A stretch of DNA of 64,000 nucleotides from Octopus vulgaris (taxonomy: Eukaryota): NCBI GenBank assembly GCA_951406725.2, contig OX597819.1:93620001-93684000 (forward strand). Reading direction: 5' to 3'. The translations under genes and the position numbers were made by a program. The notes below the pieces were generated by a model. That model was not told the DNA's origin. It searched no databases and saw nothing but the letters and a program-made list of their open reading frames with translations. This document shows positions 23,917 through 36,336 of this stretch, piece after piece (position 1 is the first letter of the stretch; each line of letters begins with the position of its first letter).

Positions 23917-24544
23917 TATATATATATATATATATTTACCATGTGAAGTGTGATGAAAAATTAAGAGAAAGATATGGTATATAAATTTTTTTTGTGCAGG
24001 GGTTCCTTGAGACATGTAATTTATTTTAAGGGTTATGCAAGGGTAAAAAAGTTGAGAAACCCTGATCTAACTTAATCCCTTTGCAACTCCTTTGCATATG
24101 ATTGCCTTTCTTTCCACTTATTGGCCTCTTCCTAGTCATCTTACATAATGATATAACACTGTACCGTATGTGCTGTATGTTTGTAAAAGTTAGATCCATC
24201 ACTCTTTTTGTCTTGTCTTGTAACAGCATTCACCCAAGAGTGGTTAAGCCAGCTCCTTGTTGAGTTCACTGCACTGCTGTAAGTTCATAGGAGTTTCAAG
24301 GGATGATCAGAATCCATGGAAACAGTCCTTGTCTGTATTCATAAGCCACCATACACGACTGGTGACAGGTCATCCTTGTGTTATGCCTTCTCACTACAGG
24401 ATGCCTACAGACACAATCCAACCCCACCAGGAAGCCACTGGTAAATCGAACAGTAGTGGCAAGAGAACAAAATCCACACAATAGCACATACAGTCAAGAG
24501 AGACACACCATCCATCCATACACCCATTTTTGTTTCCTACTACT

Positions 24545-24845
24545 GCAGTGACGGTCATGGTATGAGGTAGAGTCCTCAGGAACCTCCTCCATGGATCTTA
24601 TCAGAAGCAACCATCATTAAACTTTCCTGCTAGATTTCCAAGCATAACTAACTGGAAGTATGGATATAATCCAAAGACCTCACTCACAATCTGCTCCTAG
24701 GTCTCCCACCAGTTGGCTCCAGTTGAAGAAACTGTGTTGTGATTCTTTTCTGTTTCATTCTGAGCACATGTCCAGAGTACCAAAGCTCTGACATCTCAGT
24801 GAAGTTACAACCCAACTTGGAGACCCTCTCCGACCTCCATGCTAC
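24545..24845 (-). mobile_element. RTE-clade LINE 3' fragment
   Basis: Minus strand reads ELWYSGHVLRMKQKRITTQFLQLEPTGGRPRSRL*VRSLDYI, matching the LRWxGHVxRM...GRRPRGRP..RWxD motif. Confidence 0.8.
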
Positions 24846-25014
24846 ACATCCTATAAAGTAACATAACTCTAGAGATCCTACATTAATACCAAATATATAT
24901 TATTCCATATGTATCATAATTCTTTACTTCAAAATTCTTAAACAATGTCCAAATTTCTGTAAAGGTGAAATTATATCCCCTAACACAAAATTAGTGGTCA
25001 TACTTTACAATTGC

Positions 25015-25160
25015 AACCTGGTGGGAAGATGGTTTAAGAAAAATGTTTGGAACAACATGGAGGAGATTGGCAAGAGCATGAAGGGAATGGAGGAAATGCT
25101 GTGGCCAGCAGACCCAACTTGGCACCAGACAGCCAGGCTGATTCAGGTGATCCAGGTGAC
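25015..25160 (+). mobile_element. RTE-like LINE extreme 3' fragment
   Basis: Reads TWWEDGLRKMFGTTWRRLARA*REWRKCC, the W.D....G..W.R.A.DR..W ending. Confidence 0.55.
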
Positions 25161-26784
25161 TTTAAAATTCTCATGAGTATAGAATTCTGAAACCAGTTCC
25201 TATATTTCAGATGATACCTGCAAAATAAAAATGCATAAAGGATTTCTATCTTTCACACAAGACCATAGATATTGACAAATATGTTTTATTGGTTCTTATC
25301 TGTGGGACCAATGTATTTAATACACTTGGATGTTTCTTTACATTTAAAATAAAATTTTTAATATTCACTTGCTGAATGTTTTGCCGAAAGTTTATTTTAA
25401 AGTAAAATTAAAATAAATTGGATAATTTTCTGGGGTTTTTTTTCTGTATTATTTTGTAAGTGAAATCATTAATTCATTTGCGTGTGTGTGTGTATGTGTG
25501 TGCGTGCATGCACGTGTTTGTGTGTATTACTCATCGATACGAAAGATTTTATATTTTTAAAAATATTTTTACTTTATTAATCACTTGGATTTCAATATTA
25601 TTTAAAATAAAATGATAACATTTTTAGACTTCTAGATATTTTTTTAGTTTTTAATGAGCCTAAAGAAACTTCTGCCTGTCCGAAGAAGCATAAAATGTTA
25701 GTTATCTAATAAAGTGAACTGCTGTTCTTACTTCTAACAACAAAATATATTTTTTTTTAAAATAATTTAGTTATGTCTTCTTCACATGCATGATAATGTT
25801 TTAAATTTTAGTCTGAACCTTTCCATTCAGCCTGTGTTAATCCATTGCTGAATGAAGTCTCAGCTTGTTGTTGTCAACTTATCTACAATACTTACAGATT
25901 TACCTATCCATACCGGTGAATTATGGATTGGATGGAGTGATCCCACAGTTGGGTGGTTAGTTATTGATATTTGGCCATTGATATTTGAGTTGAATTTGAA
26001 CTCAAAACAAAGAGCTCAACAGACACTGTTTTAATAGTTTAACCAACCCTCTACCCTAGATTGATACTGAATTTATCAATTCTGAAAGAAAGCAAAAAAA
26101 AAACCAAAACAAAGTAAAACAAACATAAAGCTCACCTTCAAGCAACCCACAGCATATAAAACTGGAACAAACAGCAACTCTTCCCATTCACCATTTCAAT
26201 CAACTGTCAATTTATTTTCAATTAACATTGCTAAGTTACATATTGTTTTATATCATTTTTAAATATCAGTTTATCATAAATTATAATTATGCCATCCATG
26301 TGTATATTTAATTAAAAAAACATGTTAACATATTTTTTCACCAAGTAAGTCCATTTGTGTTTGTGATAAGAGAATGCATTCACCATAAATGGAGCAAACT
26401 AAATAAGAGATCACTGTGGATTATCCATTTACAGAATCATATATGATTTCATAGAAAATTAAAGCTGTCCATTTAAAGTGTAAAAGCAATTTTTTTAACA
26501 AAATCAAGAGTTAATTCTTTCTTAGAAAATATTTAATAACTATATTTTTCCATAGGATTATTTACCCTTTTATGATTACTGGTCTGTCATTGAAATAGCT
26601 GGCCGCAACCTCTGGTGATTAGAGTTCTAAATTACAATAATGATGAGACAGTATGGTCCAATTTAAACAACATAGTTATGGTGTTAAGCTATGCAAATCA
26701 TCAACCTACCAGATACTCTGAATGAGTTATGACTTTTCTTATATTTCAAAAGTCCTTATAGAGTAATTTTTTTTTTTTTGTGAC

Positions 26785-27020
26785 TTAACAAATCAACACT
26801 GGTGGTTGAACAGTGGTAGCAGGAAACAAACACACAGATGAATATATGTACATACATACACAAGAGGCTTCCACACAGTTTCCATCTACCAAATTCCTTC
26901 ACAAGGCTTTGATTGACCTTAAGATATAGTAGAAGACATTTGCCCAAGCTGCTGCATGGTGAAACCGAACCTGAAACCATACAGTTACAAAGTGAGCTCC
27001 TTAACTAGACAGTTATGCTT
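26785..27020 (-). mobile_element. SINE family B
   Basis: tttccatctaccaaattc...tatagtagaagacatttgcccaag...gaacctgaaacc. Confidence 0.8.
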
Positions 27021-28344
27021 GCATCGATAATACTTGTACTTTAAAGAAACTTAAACAAAAAAATGCAAATTTTCATGGTTATCGGAACTGTAAATGCCTT
27101 TCAAACTGTCTGGTGGCTTGGATAGTTCTGTCAGGTAATTTCTCCTTTTATATGGCTTTGTGTAATATACTTCTTAGGAAGTGAGTACTTGACTGACAGT
27201 TTTGGGCAGTAAATATTGATGTGTTATATCATATATAGCAGATTGATATTGGCAATATTTATTATCATAATGTGGATATATAAAAACTTTATAGCTTGCT
27301 TGTTCATGCATTTAAGAATGCTTCTGTAAGCTACTTTGATGAGGAAAAACTAAGGAATCTTGTAAAACTACTGTGAAGTTTTGAAGACAGAAGTTCATCA
27401 CAATATAACTATGTCATTTGGTTAACGGTTAATTGCTTTTCTTTGAATCAACCTCAGTATCAAAGAAAGATTTCTTGATACTAATGTACTTGCTTCTAAA
27501 AAATAAGTGTACAATATAACAAACTTCCTCTAGTCTTTGCACATTATATTTCATTTGCATTTCTGCTTAACTTTTGTTGTATTTCTTGCTAAACACACCC
27601 ACAAGTTCTTTTTTCTTTCACACACTTTACCTCTCTTTCTTTCTCCCTCGTTTTGTCTCCTGTCCTCTTTTTCCTTAGTTCTTATGTATTTCTTCAACAA
27701 TTTTCTCTCTCTCTCTCTCTCTGTCTATTTCTTCAGTTCAGTCCTCCTTCTCTCTCTCTCTCTCTATCTCTCAGTTCTTTTCTCTCTGTACTGTTTTCTC
27801 TTTCTCAGTAATGAACAATTAACACTAATCTTTATGAAATTAACCTGAATTACGAAAAGGCTCATTCTAGAACAAAAAGTGAAATCTTCTGATAACACCT
27901 GTTAAATTAATGATTTCAGATAAACACCAACTTCGTGTGGAACAGTTTATCTGTAGAAGAAACTTTCTCTCTGAGTATTTAAGTATTATTATGGCTTATT
28001 CAAGACCACTTAATTTTACTTTGGCACATTCCAGTCATCATTCATCGATAAACTTTGGCTATTTATAAAATTACTAATTGAACAAGGTTTTATGTGGTTT
28101 AGACAGATGATATATATTTTATTAGACCGATGCACACACACGCACATATGTTAAAAGAGAAATAGAGAAATAAATACTTGTATATATATATATATGCATA
28201 TACATATATCATCATCATTATCATCATCATCCTTTAAAGTCTGTTTTCTATACTGGCATGGATTGGACAGTTTGACCAGAGCTGACAAGCCACATACATA
28301 TATATATGTACATATATGTATATATATATATACATATATATATA

Positions 28345-28525
28345 TAAAGTTAATCCAAACATGAAAACACAACAATGCGAGGACGTGGAACAAATATAGT
28401 ATTATTGGATGCTTAGGAAGGAAGGGAAGAAGGAGGGTTTAACGTTTCGAGCGGAGCTCTTCGTCAGAAACATAGGAAAAGGAAAGATCCAGAGAAGGGA
28501 AGACGAAGGAAAAAAAAATCGCCAA
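28345..28525 (-). mobile_element. young Penelope-like short element embedded in (TA)n
   Basis: Carries an intact hammerhead; CpGs retained; TA tracts on both sides. Confidence 0.7.
28437..28471 (-). ncRNA. intact minimal type I hammerhead ribozyme
   Basis: Minus strand GTTT-CTGACGA-A-GAGC-tcc-GCTC-GAAA-CGT-T-AAAC: stem I GUUU/AAAC, canonical core, stem II, palindromic ACGU stem III. Confidence 0.82.
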
Positions 28526-28541
28526 ATATATATATAAAAGC

Positions 28542-28748
28542 AAAATAAGACAAGGTAGAAAATGCTAAAATAATGTTATCATGAAGAACATTTTAGCACC
28601 GGTTTCAAAGTTTGCGACTTTTTCCACTTAGAGTAAAGCATAAAAAGCATGCATTACTCTAAGTTGGGTAAGTTGCAAAGACTGGAACCGGTACTAAAAT
28701 GTTCTTCATGATAAAATTGTTTCAGCATTTTCTACCTTGTTGTATTTT
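28542..28748. repeat. ~207-bp imperfect palindrome (inverted Penelope-like termini or MITE)
   Basis: acaaggtagaaaatgct...atcatgaagaacattttag on the left mirrors ctaaaatgttcttcatgat...agcattttctaccttgt on the right; centre ~28642-28648. Confidence 0.88.
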
Positions 28749-28786
28749 CCTTATTACATATCAACTCGCGTGTTCCTTTTCAAACT

Positions 28787-28833
<47 letters not shown>

Positions 28834-29064
28834 TTGTGTGTGTGTGTATGTATGTGTGTGTGTGTGTGTGCGTGTGTGTGCTAAATACAAGACCCGCACT
28901 AGGCTCCTCACTCATATCATCATCAAAAGTTTAACTACAGTCCTTCCATAGCACATACATAGTGTTACCTGCCACCTGGGGTCTTCTGGATACTAATACC
29001 TATTATATATATATAAATATATATATATATATAGCTATACACACCTACACCCACACACATATAA

Positions 29065-29101
<37 letters not shown>

Positions 29102-30055
29102 AAAGTTAATTTAAGTTACCTTCTCGAGTCATACTAGTTTCCCGGTTTCATTGCATTTATATATTCTCCCCCTGAGTGGATTGGAGCAACATGAAATGAA
29201 GTGTTTTGCTCAAGAACACAACATGCAAATTTACAATCATGAGTCCAACACCCTAACCACTAAGCCACGCACCTCCACACATATATATATGAATATCATC
29301 GTCATTGTTTTGTATCCATGACCAATGCTGACATCAGTGGAACATATTGTAGTGATCTGAGTTCTTATTTAGTGTTACTGTCTCTACTAGATAGGTCACA
29401 ACTTCAACTCAATTACATTTTTCATTTTTGACTTGACTTCTATGACTGGACGCCCTGACTGGTATCAAACAAAATATAAAATGTACTGTATGCATTTTAT
29501 GGTGGCACCAACACTACAGAGGTTCCTTTATCTCCTGCATGACTAGGAAATTTTCACAACTCTACACTGACTCTGTTTGCTGAAGGCAATGTGACTTAAG
29601 ATTGAACAGAAGAACAATAACATTAGAACTAGGCCTAGAGAGCAAAAGAAGAACATGAGAAGGGACACAGAGTAATAAGGGAGAAAGGATGGTAGGAGAG
29701 GGAGTAGTGGAAGAGAGACAGTAGTATACAGCTAGGTGTTACTTATTCATAAGAGGATTGAACAGGAATATGGTAGATGTGGTATAGCAGGGTGGGGTGG
29801 AGAGAAAACTGAGGAGAAGACGACGGAAAAATGGAAGGAAAAGAGATTATTCTGAGGGAGAATAAGTTGTTATTTCAAGCAGTTCAACTGATGAATAAGA
29901 CCTTGTGGGGTGTTAACTCTCTCAACTCAAACAATAACTGTATCATCTGTAGTTAATATAGTGTTGCAGTTTCTTTGATGTTAAAGTTTTGATGTGGTAT
30001 TACAAGAATGAATGATTAATATAGAAAATCCTTCATAATAAGTAATGTTTTTTTA

Positions 30056-30069
30056 TAGTAGTAGTAGTG

Positions 30070-30101
<32 letters not shown>

Positions 30102-30150
30102 GGTAGTGGTAGTAGTAGTAGTAGTAGTAGCTGAAGGAGGAAGAAGAAGA
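30056..30150. repeat. (TAG)/(TGG)n microsatellite
   Basis: Direct inspection; source of the poly-Val ORF. Confidence 0.92.
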
Positions 30151-30919
30151 ATTGCTGGTATTATACAAATTCATATAGTCAAATATATTGTATTGATTTT
30201 AGCTCCGTGTCTTCTCACTTACATTGTCTTGTGTTTGGCAAGGCCTTGGTGTTTCTTGCTAGTGGTTGACTTTCAAAGGTTTAAGATGATTTAAAGATTA
30301 AGATCAAACCTTACTGATGCTAAGGTCATTTCGTGTTGGTACATTCTCATTTAAATTGTAAAAAATGTTAAAAAATCTCAAGCAAACAGTCAACACTTAA
30401 AACACTCATGGACAAACTACATCCCATGAGTCTTTCTGAATGGCACACCAACAAAAAGATTAACTTGATTAAAAAATTTTTTTTTTCTTTAGTTGGGTAG
30501 CCTGTCCACCTGATGATGAGACATGTCCCCTGTGACCTGTTTCTGAAAATAGGTTTCCTGTGCTTGATTTGGAATAACCAGATCTTTCACAAACACCAAC
30601 TTTCTATTTAGAAGTGTGCACTGTAGTTTTTAAGATATGTACGTTATATTCTTGTGTGTTATAAGCAGTGACTAAAGTGCATTGGCATTGTAAAGGGTAT
30701 CTGGAAGTCAAACACTGCTTCAAAAAGTTCTGTTCAGTTCCTACAAGCATGGGAAATTTGGTATAAAAACAATTAATGATAATGAAGTGTCTGTTAAATT
30801 CAACAATTGGTAGAGATGAAACCAGTAACACTAAAATCTCCTACCACTTCACCTTCATAACAGTTTCATACTTCTACTACTACGACGACGACGATGACTA
30901 CTACTACTACTATTACTAT

Positions 30920-31138
30920 AAGGCGGCGAGTTGGCCGAAACATTAGCATGCCAGGCGAAATGCGTAGCCGTATTTCATGTGTTGTTACATTCTGGGTTCA
31001 AATTCCACCGAGGTCAACTTTCGGGGTCGATATATTAAGTACCAGTTACGCACTAAGGTCGATGTAATCGACTTAATCTGTTTGTCTGTCCTTGTTTGTC
31101 CCCTCTATGTTTAGCCCCTTGTGTGGGTAATAAAGAAA
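30920..31138 (+). mobile_element. SINE family A
   Basis: aggcggcgagttggccgaaac head, gggttcaaattcc B-box, ttagccccttgtg...taataaagaaa tail; flanked by (CTA)n. Confidence 0.85.
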
Positions 31139-31779
31139 CCTACTACCACTACTATTACTACAATAGCAATTGCACTCTAACAACCATTATCCTGATAATA
31201 CCAAAAGTTTACTGTGTAATCATGCTGTGTTGTTCAGTATCATATCCATTTCATCATTGCTTTTCTTCTATAGTATTGAGAGAAGAAAAGAGAGACAGAG
31301 AGATTAAAGACAAATTGAGCTTTTTCTAATACACTTCCAGTGAAATTTGCAGATATTTGTTGAATAGATCTGTTATTTGAAAGAATTACTTCTGGATATT
31401 TTATTTTGTGCTGAACTGTCACCAGGGTAGGAAGAGTGGTGCTCTATTTTCACCAAGCATGAGACACATAATCATGTTGAGCTTATTCAAATTTACTCAA
31501 CTCAGTATTTTCATTATACTTTTGAATAATGATCAGGAAGTTTGCAGGGCAAAATTTCATGTCTCAGTCAATGAAGATATTTTTGCTGAATAACCCACCC
31601 GTGTATATTCCTTTTTCTGGGTATATATAAGTTTAGTAAACAATAGTCAGCAAATTGCTTTCATCTATGTTTAATGTCATCAATGATTGCAAGAACTTAA
31701 AAAAAAAGGTGGGGTAGTAATATATCTTACTAACAAAACAAAACAATGAATGTAGCTGAATATTAAGTATTGGTCTAAG

Positions 31780-32650
31780 GCAAGAGGCACTTGCAGAATC
31801 ATTAGCTTGCTGACCAAAATGTTTAGTGCATTTTGCTTGTCTTTATGCTCTGAGTTCAAATGTTACCAATGTCAACTTTGCCTTTCACCCTTTCGAGATC
31901 GAAAAAATAAGTACCAGTCAAGCACTGGAGTCATTGTTATCGATTTACCCATTCCGCCAATATTAAATATTGGTTTCAAGTTTTGACATAAGGCCAGCAA
32001 GTTCGGGGAGGAGATAAGCTGATTGCATCAGCCCCAGTGCTCGCGTGGTACTTACTTTATCAACCCCAAAAGGATGAAAGGCAAAGTCACCCTTGACAGA
32101 ACTTGAATGCAAAATGTAGTAAAGATAAAATGCCACAAAACATTATGTTCAGTATACTAATGATTCCGCCAGCTCCCCATCTTAATGCTGAATATTCTTT
32201 TCTATTCTGGGCACAAGGCCTGAAAATTTGGGGTAGGTGGCCAGTCAATTAGATCAATCCCAGTTCACAACTGGAACTTAATTTATTGACCCTGAAAGGA
32301 TGAAGGGCAAAGTCAACCTCAGCGGAATTTAAACATAAAGACAGACGAAATACCTATTTCTATTTCTTTACTACCCACAAGGGGCTAAACACAGAGAGGA
32401 CAAACAAGGACAGACAAACGGATTAAGTCGATTATATCGACCCCAGTGTGTAACTGGTACTTATTTAATCGACCCCGAAAGGATGAAAGGCAAAGTCGAC
32501 ATCGGTGGAATTTGAACTCAGAACGTAGCAACAGACGAAATACCGCTAGGCATTTTGCCCGGCGTGCTAACATTTCTGCCAACTAGTTTTATAGAGATAC
32601 CACTAAGTATTTCACCCAGTGTGCTAACAATTCTGCCAGTTTGCTGCCTT
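31780..32650. mobile_element. nest of four SINE family A copies (one +, three -; one nested inside another)
   Basis: Core gaaaggatgaaaggcaaagtc recurs; 16-bp direct repeat cttaatgctgaatatt at 32181-32196 and 32651-32666. Confidence 0.85.
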
Positions 32651-32839
32651 CTTAATGCTGAATATTAAATATTAAATGCATGACATCATGCACACAAATA
32701 ATGCAATACATTATTGAACTGAATCTGTCTACAGTAAAGTGTGTTGAAAAAGCTTTGTATTTTCAAGTTTAATCCCATGATGTAGCAGCTTGAGAAAGCT
32801 GTTTGTAAGTTCGTATCATAGTCTAGTGTTGCTCTAAGC

Positions 32840-33183
32840 CAAGGGTTCTTAACTATTTTTTATCTATAGACCCCTTTGATTGCTATTTTATTCTGATAAA
32901 TCCCCACCCCCAATAGCCAGTCGATGTTTAAAAACTAGTTTTATAGAAACTTCTTTCAAAATTCTTATTTTGTTTTTCACACATTCACTCGTGTAGGTTC
33001 AATTATGTAAAATGTTAGAGAAGGAAACCAAGCTGTCTCTTGCAATACATACCAAACATACATCTGAAGCAAAATCTTTTCAAGGGTCTTAGAATATTTT
33101 GGATCTACTATTTTGTTGAGTGGATACTCCAAAATCTTATATAGACACACAGGGACCACATGGACTCCAATTGAGTACTACTG
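32840..33183. mobile_element. hAT (Charlie-type) MITE
   Basis: Perfect 8-bp TSD ctctaagc at 32832-32839 and 33184-33191; termini caagggttcttaac / ttgagtactactg. Confidence 0.85.
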
Positions 33184-33266
33184 CTCTAAGCCTTGGGTAA
33201 ACCAAAACTGTATGGAAGCCTTTCAGATGGATTGAAACATCTGCTTGACATTAAGCTGTACTCTTT

Positions 33267-33280
33267 GTTGCTATGGTAAC
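33267..33280. promoter_or_regulatory. candidate RFX X-box
   Basis: GTTGCTATGGTAAC fits the GTYNCY-AT-RGNAAC consensus; lies in apparently unique sequence. Confidence 0.35.
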
Positions 33281-33514
33281 CATGGGTTGTTTTTAACTCC
33301 CCACTTTCCTATTCATCTGTCATGGAGGCCAACAAGAATCCATTGAAGACTGTTCTCTTATTCCTTTCCCAAAGCCATTGAAAAAGTACTGAAAGAACCA
33401 CAGAAGTTTCAAATAATGTCTACAAAATAACTTCACAAAGGCTCAAGTAACAGAGAGGACTTACTGTATGAGTACAGTGCATACTCTTTTGAATGTGTGT
33501 GGGTGTGCCTATTA

Positions 33515-33912
33515 TCTTTTATTTCCTTCAGTTATTAGAGTACCACCATGCTGGAGCACTGCCTTGAACAATTCATTTTTTAGTCAAATGGATCAATCCC
33601 AGTACTTACATTTTGTTAAGCCCAATACTTATTCTGTCAGTCTATTTTGTCAAACCACTAAGTTACAGAGATATAAACACACCAACACCATTTGTCAAGT
33701 GGTGGTGGGAGACAAAAAACACAGACACAAAGCCACACACATGTAGATATATATGTATATATACACATATATACGATAGGCTTCTTTCAGTTTCTATTTA
33801 TCAAATCCACTCACAAGGTTTTGGCCAGCCTGAGGCTACAGTAGAAGGCACTTGCCTGGAACTATGTGGTGAGGAAGCAAGCTTCTTACCGTAAAAACCA
33901 TGCATGTGCCTG
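33515..33912 (-). mobile_element. SINE family B
   Basis: catgctggagcactgcc tail; aaatccactcacaagg...gaggctacagtagaaggcacttgcc. Confidence 0.8.
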
Positions 33913-34134
33913 TGGATAACTATTTTTTCCCTCATTTCAGGGTTGATAAATAAAATACCAATCACACAATGAAATCAATTCTTCTCTCTTGCTATGTTCA
34001 AACATGGCAAGGGAATGAGCTTTGACAGATTCAAAATAGCCAAGGCATGGTGTATGTCATGAAAGAGCCACTACAGTTGACAAGAGTTGAGGCATTGCTC
34101 TATCAATACACACACACACACAAGCATATACTTT

Positions 34135-34597
34135 TCCTTTTATTCTTTTACTTGTTTCAGTCATTTTGACTGCAGCCATGCTGGAGCACTGCCTTTTAGT
34201 TAAAGTAATCGACCCCAGGACTTATTCTTTGTAACCCTGTTACTTATTCAATCGACTTCTTTTGCTGAACTGCAAAGTTACAGGGATGTAAACACACCAA
34301 CATTGGTTGTCAAATGATGGTGGTGGGGGACAAACACAGGCACAAAGGCACACACATAAGCATGCATACATATATAATATATATATACACACGTATGTAT
34401 ACATATATATATATGTAATGGGCTTCCTAAAGTTTCCATCTACCAAATCCACTCAAAAGGCTTTGGTCATCCCGAGGCTATAGTAGAAGGCACTTGCCCA
34501 GGGTGCCATGCAGTGGGACTGAACCTGGAGCCATATGGTTGGGAAGCAAGCTTCTTATTACACAGGCATGCCTGCACCAATATGCTATGCCTGCACC
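34135..34597 (-). mobile_element. SINE family B, full length
   Basis: ttttacttgtttcagtca tail through gcagtgggactgaacc...cacaggcatgcctgcacc head. Confidence 0.85.
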
Positions 34598-34600
34598 TAC

Positions 34601-34632
<32 letters not shown>

Positions 34633-34694
34633 ACATAAATGTTCATATATATATATATAGATGATATATAGGTTGTGTATATATACATACATAT

Positions 34695-34727
<33 letters not shown>

Positions 34728-34754
34728 CATGCATGCATGGGGAGAGAGAGAGAG

Positions 34755-34789
<35 letters not shown>

Positions 34790-35052
34790 TTGAACAATTT
34801 TTCTTTTCTGAATTTATATATTAAAAAAATGAAGGTGCCATTTCATCTGTCAAACAGTTATGAGTAATTTTACATTGATATGTTTCTGACAGCAAAATAT
34901 TGTCTGAGATCAGTTATTGCTTGTTGGATATATGTAGATTTTATGTAGATTCCTTTACACTTTCTTTTTATTTGTTCTTTCCTTTCCTTTTTTTTTTTTC
35001 TTCTGTTCTATACTTACACACATGATTCTATATATTTCAAGTTAAATGAGCA

Positions 35053-35054
<2 letters not shown>

Positions 35055-35113
<59 letters not shown>

Positions 35114-35308
35114 GTGTGTATGTATGTATACACACATATATATTTTTATTTATATAGATATTATATATGTATATATATGTATATATATGTATATATATAT
35201 GTATGTATGTATGCATGTGTATATATGTGTTTATACATACATTTGTTTGTATATATGTTATGTATGTACATATATGTATATATGTACATACATATCAATC
35301 TCTCTCTT

Positions 35309-35367
<59 letters not shown>

Positions 35368-35575
35368 GGACAGATAGCTAGATATATAGATATGTACATA
35401 TATTTATACATATATATATGTGCACACACACATATATATATATACACATACATCCATACTTATATTTATGTGTACGTGTGTGCATGTATATATGTGTGTT
35501 GTAAGTATATATATATATATATATACTTACAACATTGGTTCTAAGTATATACATACATATATATATATATATAAA
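35055..35575. repeat. compound (TA)/(TATG)/(TC) microsatellite
   Basis: Direct inspection. Confidence 0.92.
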
Positions 35576-35794
35576 TGCTCATTTAACTTGAGATATATGG
35601 AATCAAGATTAATGCTTTCAAAGATAATTCCATGAAAGGATGATGATTGCTTTCATCAGTCTTTGAAAATACTTTTGACAAGAGAATGTAAAAATTGAAT
35701 AAACATGAGGCATACTAGTTATCATTATCAGCAGTTACCAATAACATACCACAAAGCTTGATAAAATGCACAAAATGCAAATAATGTGTTTTTG

Positions 35795-35880
35795 ATGAAA
35801 ATGTTTTGGCGACATGTTCTCAAGGCATTCTTAGTCATAATTATTATGAAGCTTTTGTTTACTGTATCCTCTTTTGTAAG
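35795..35880 (+). CDS. candidate first coding exon with a signal-peptide-like N-terminus (MKMFWRHVLKAFLVIIIMKLLFTVSSFV-R)
   Basis: In-frame upstream stops (tga taa); aaaATG context at 35801; basic then hydrophobic segment; consensus AAG|gtaaga donor, phase 2. Confidence 0.4.
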
Positions 35881-35993
35881 GTAAGACATTTTAAAGCTAC
35901 TAAACACTCCTGACACTACAAACTAGAAACTTATAGTATATTCTTAATGCAATAACACCTATATATATATATATATATGTATATATATGTATC

Positions 35994-36329
35994 TGAGACC
36001 CCCTTCGGTCACGACTCTGACCATGGGATCGCACCTAGAAAGTTACCCTCCCAGGCACAAGTCTGGGAAAAGTTGTCAATGGAAGACCAGCAGTCACCCA
36101 TGCATACCGGCCTCCCCTCTCCATGACACCAGTGTTATCCAAGGGAAAGGCAATGGCAGATACAGCTTGGCACCTGTGACATTGCAACTCATTTCTACAG
36201 CTGAGTGAACTGGAGCAACGTGAAATAAAGTGTCTTGCTCAAGAACACAACACGCAACCCAGTCTGGGATTTGAGCTCACAACCTCATGATCGTAAGCTC
36301 GACGCTCTAACTACTGAGCCATGCACCTT
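35994..36329 (-). mobile_element. SINE family F, full length
   Basis: Minus head aaggtgcatggctcagtagttagagcgtcg...gagctcaaatccc; cttgagcaagacact core. Confidence 0.85.
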
Positions 36330-36336
36330 ATATATA

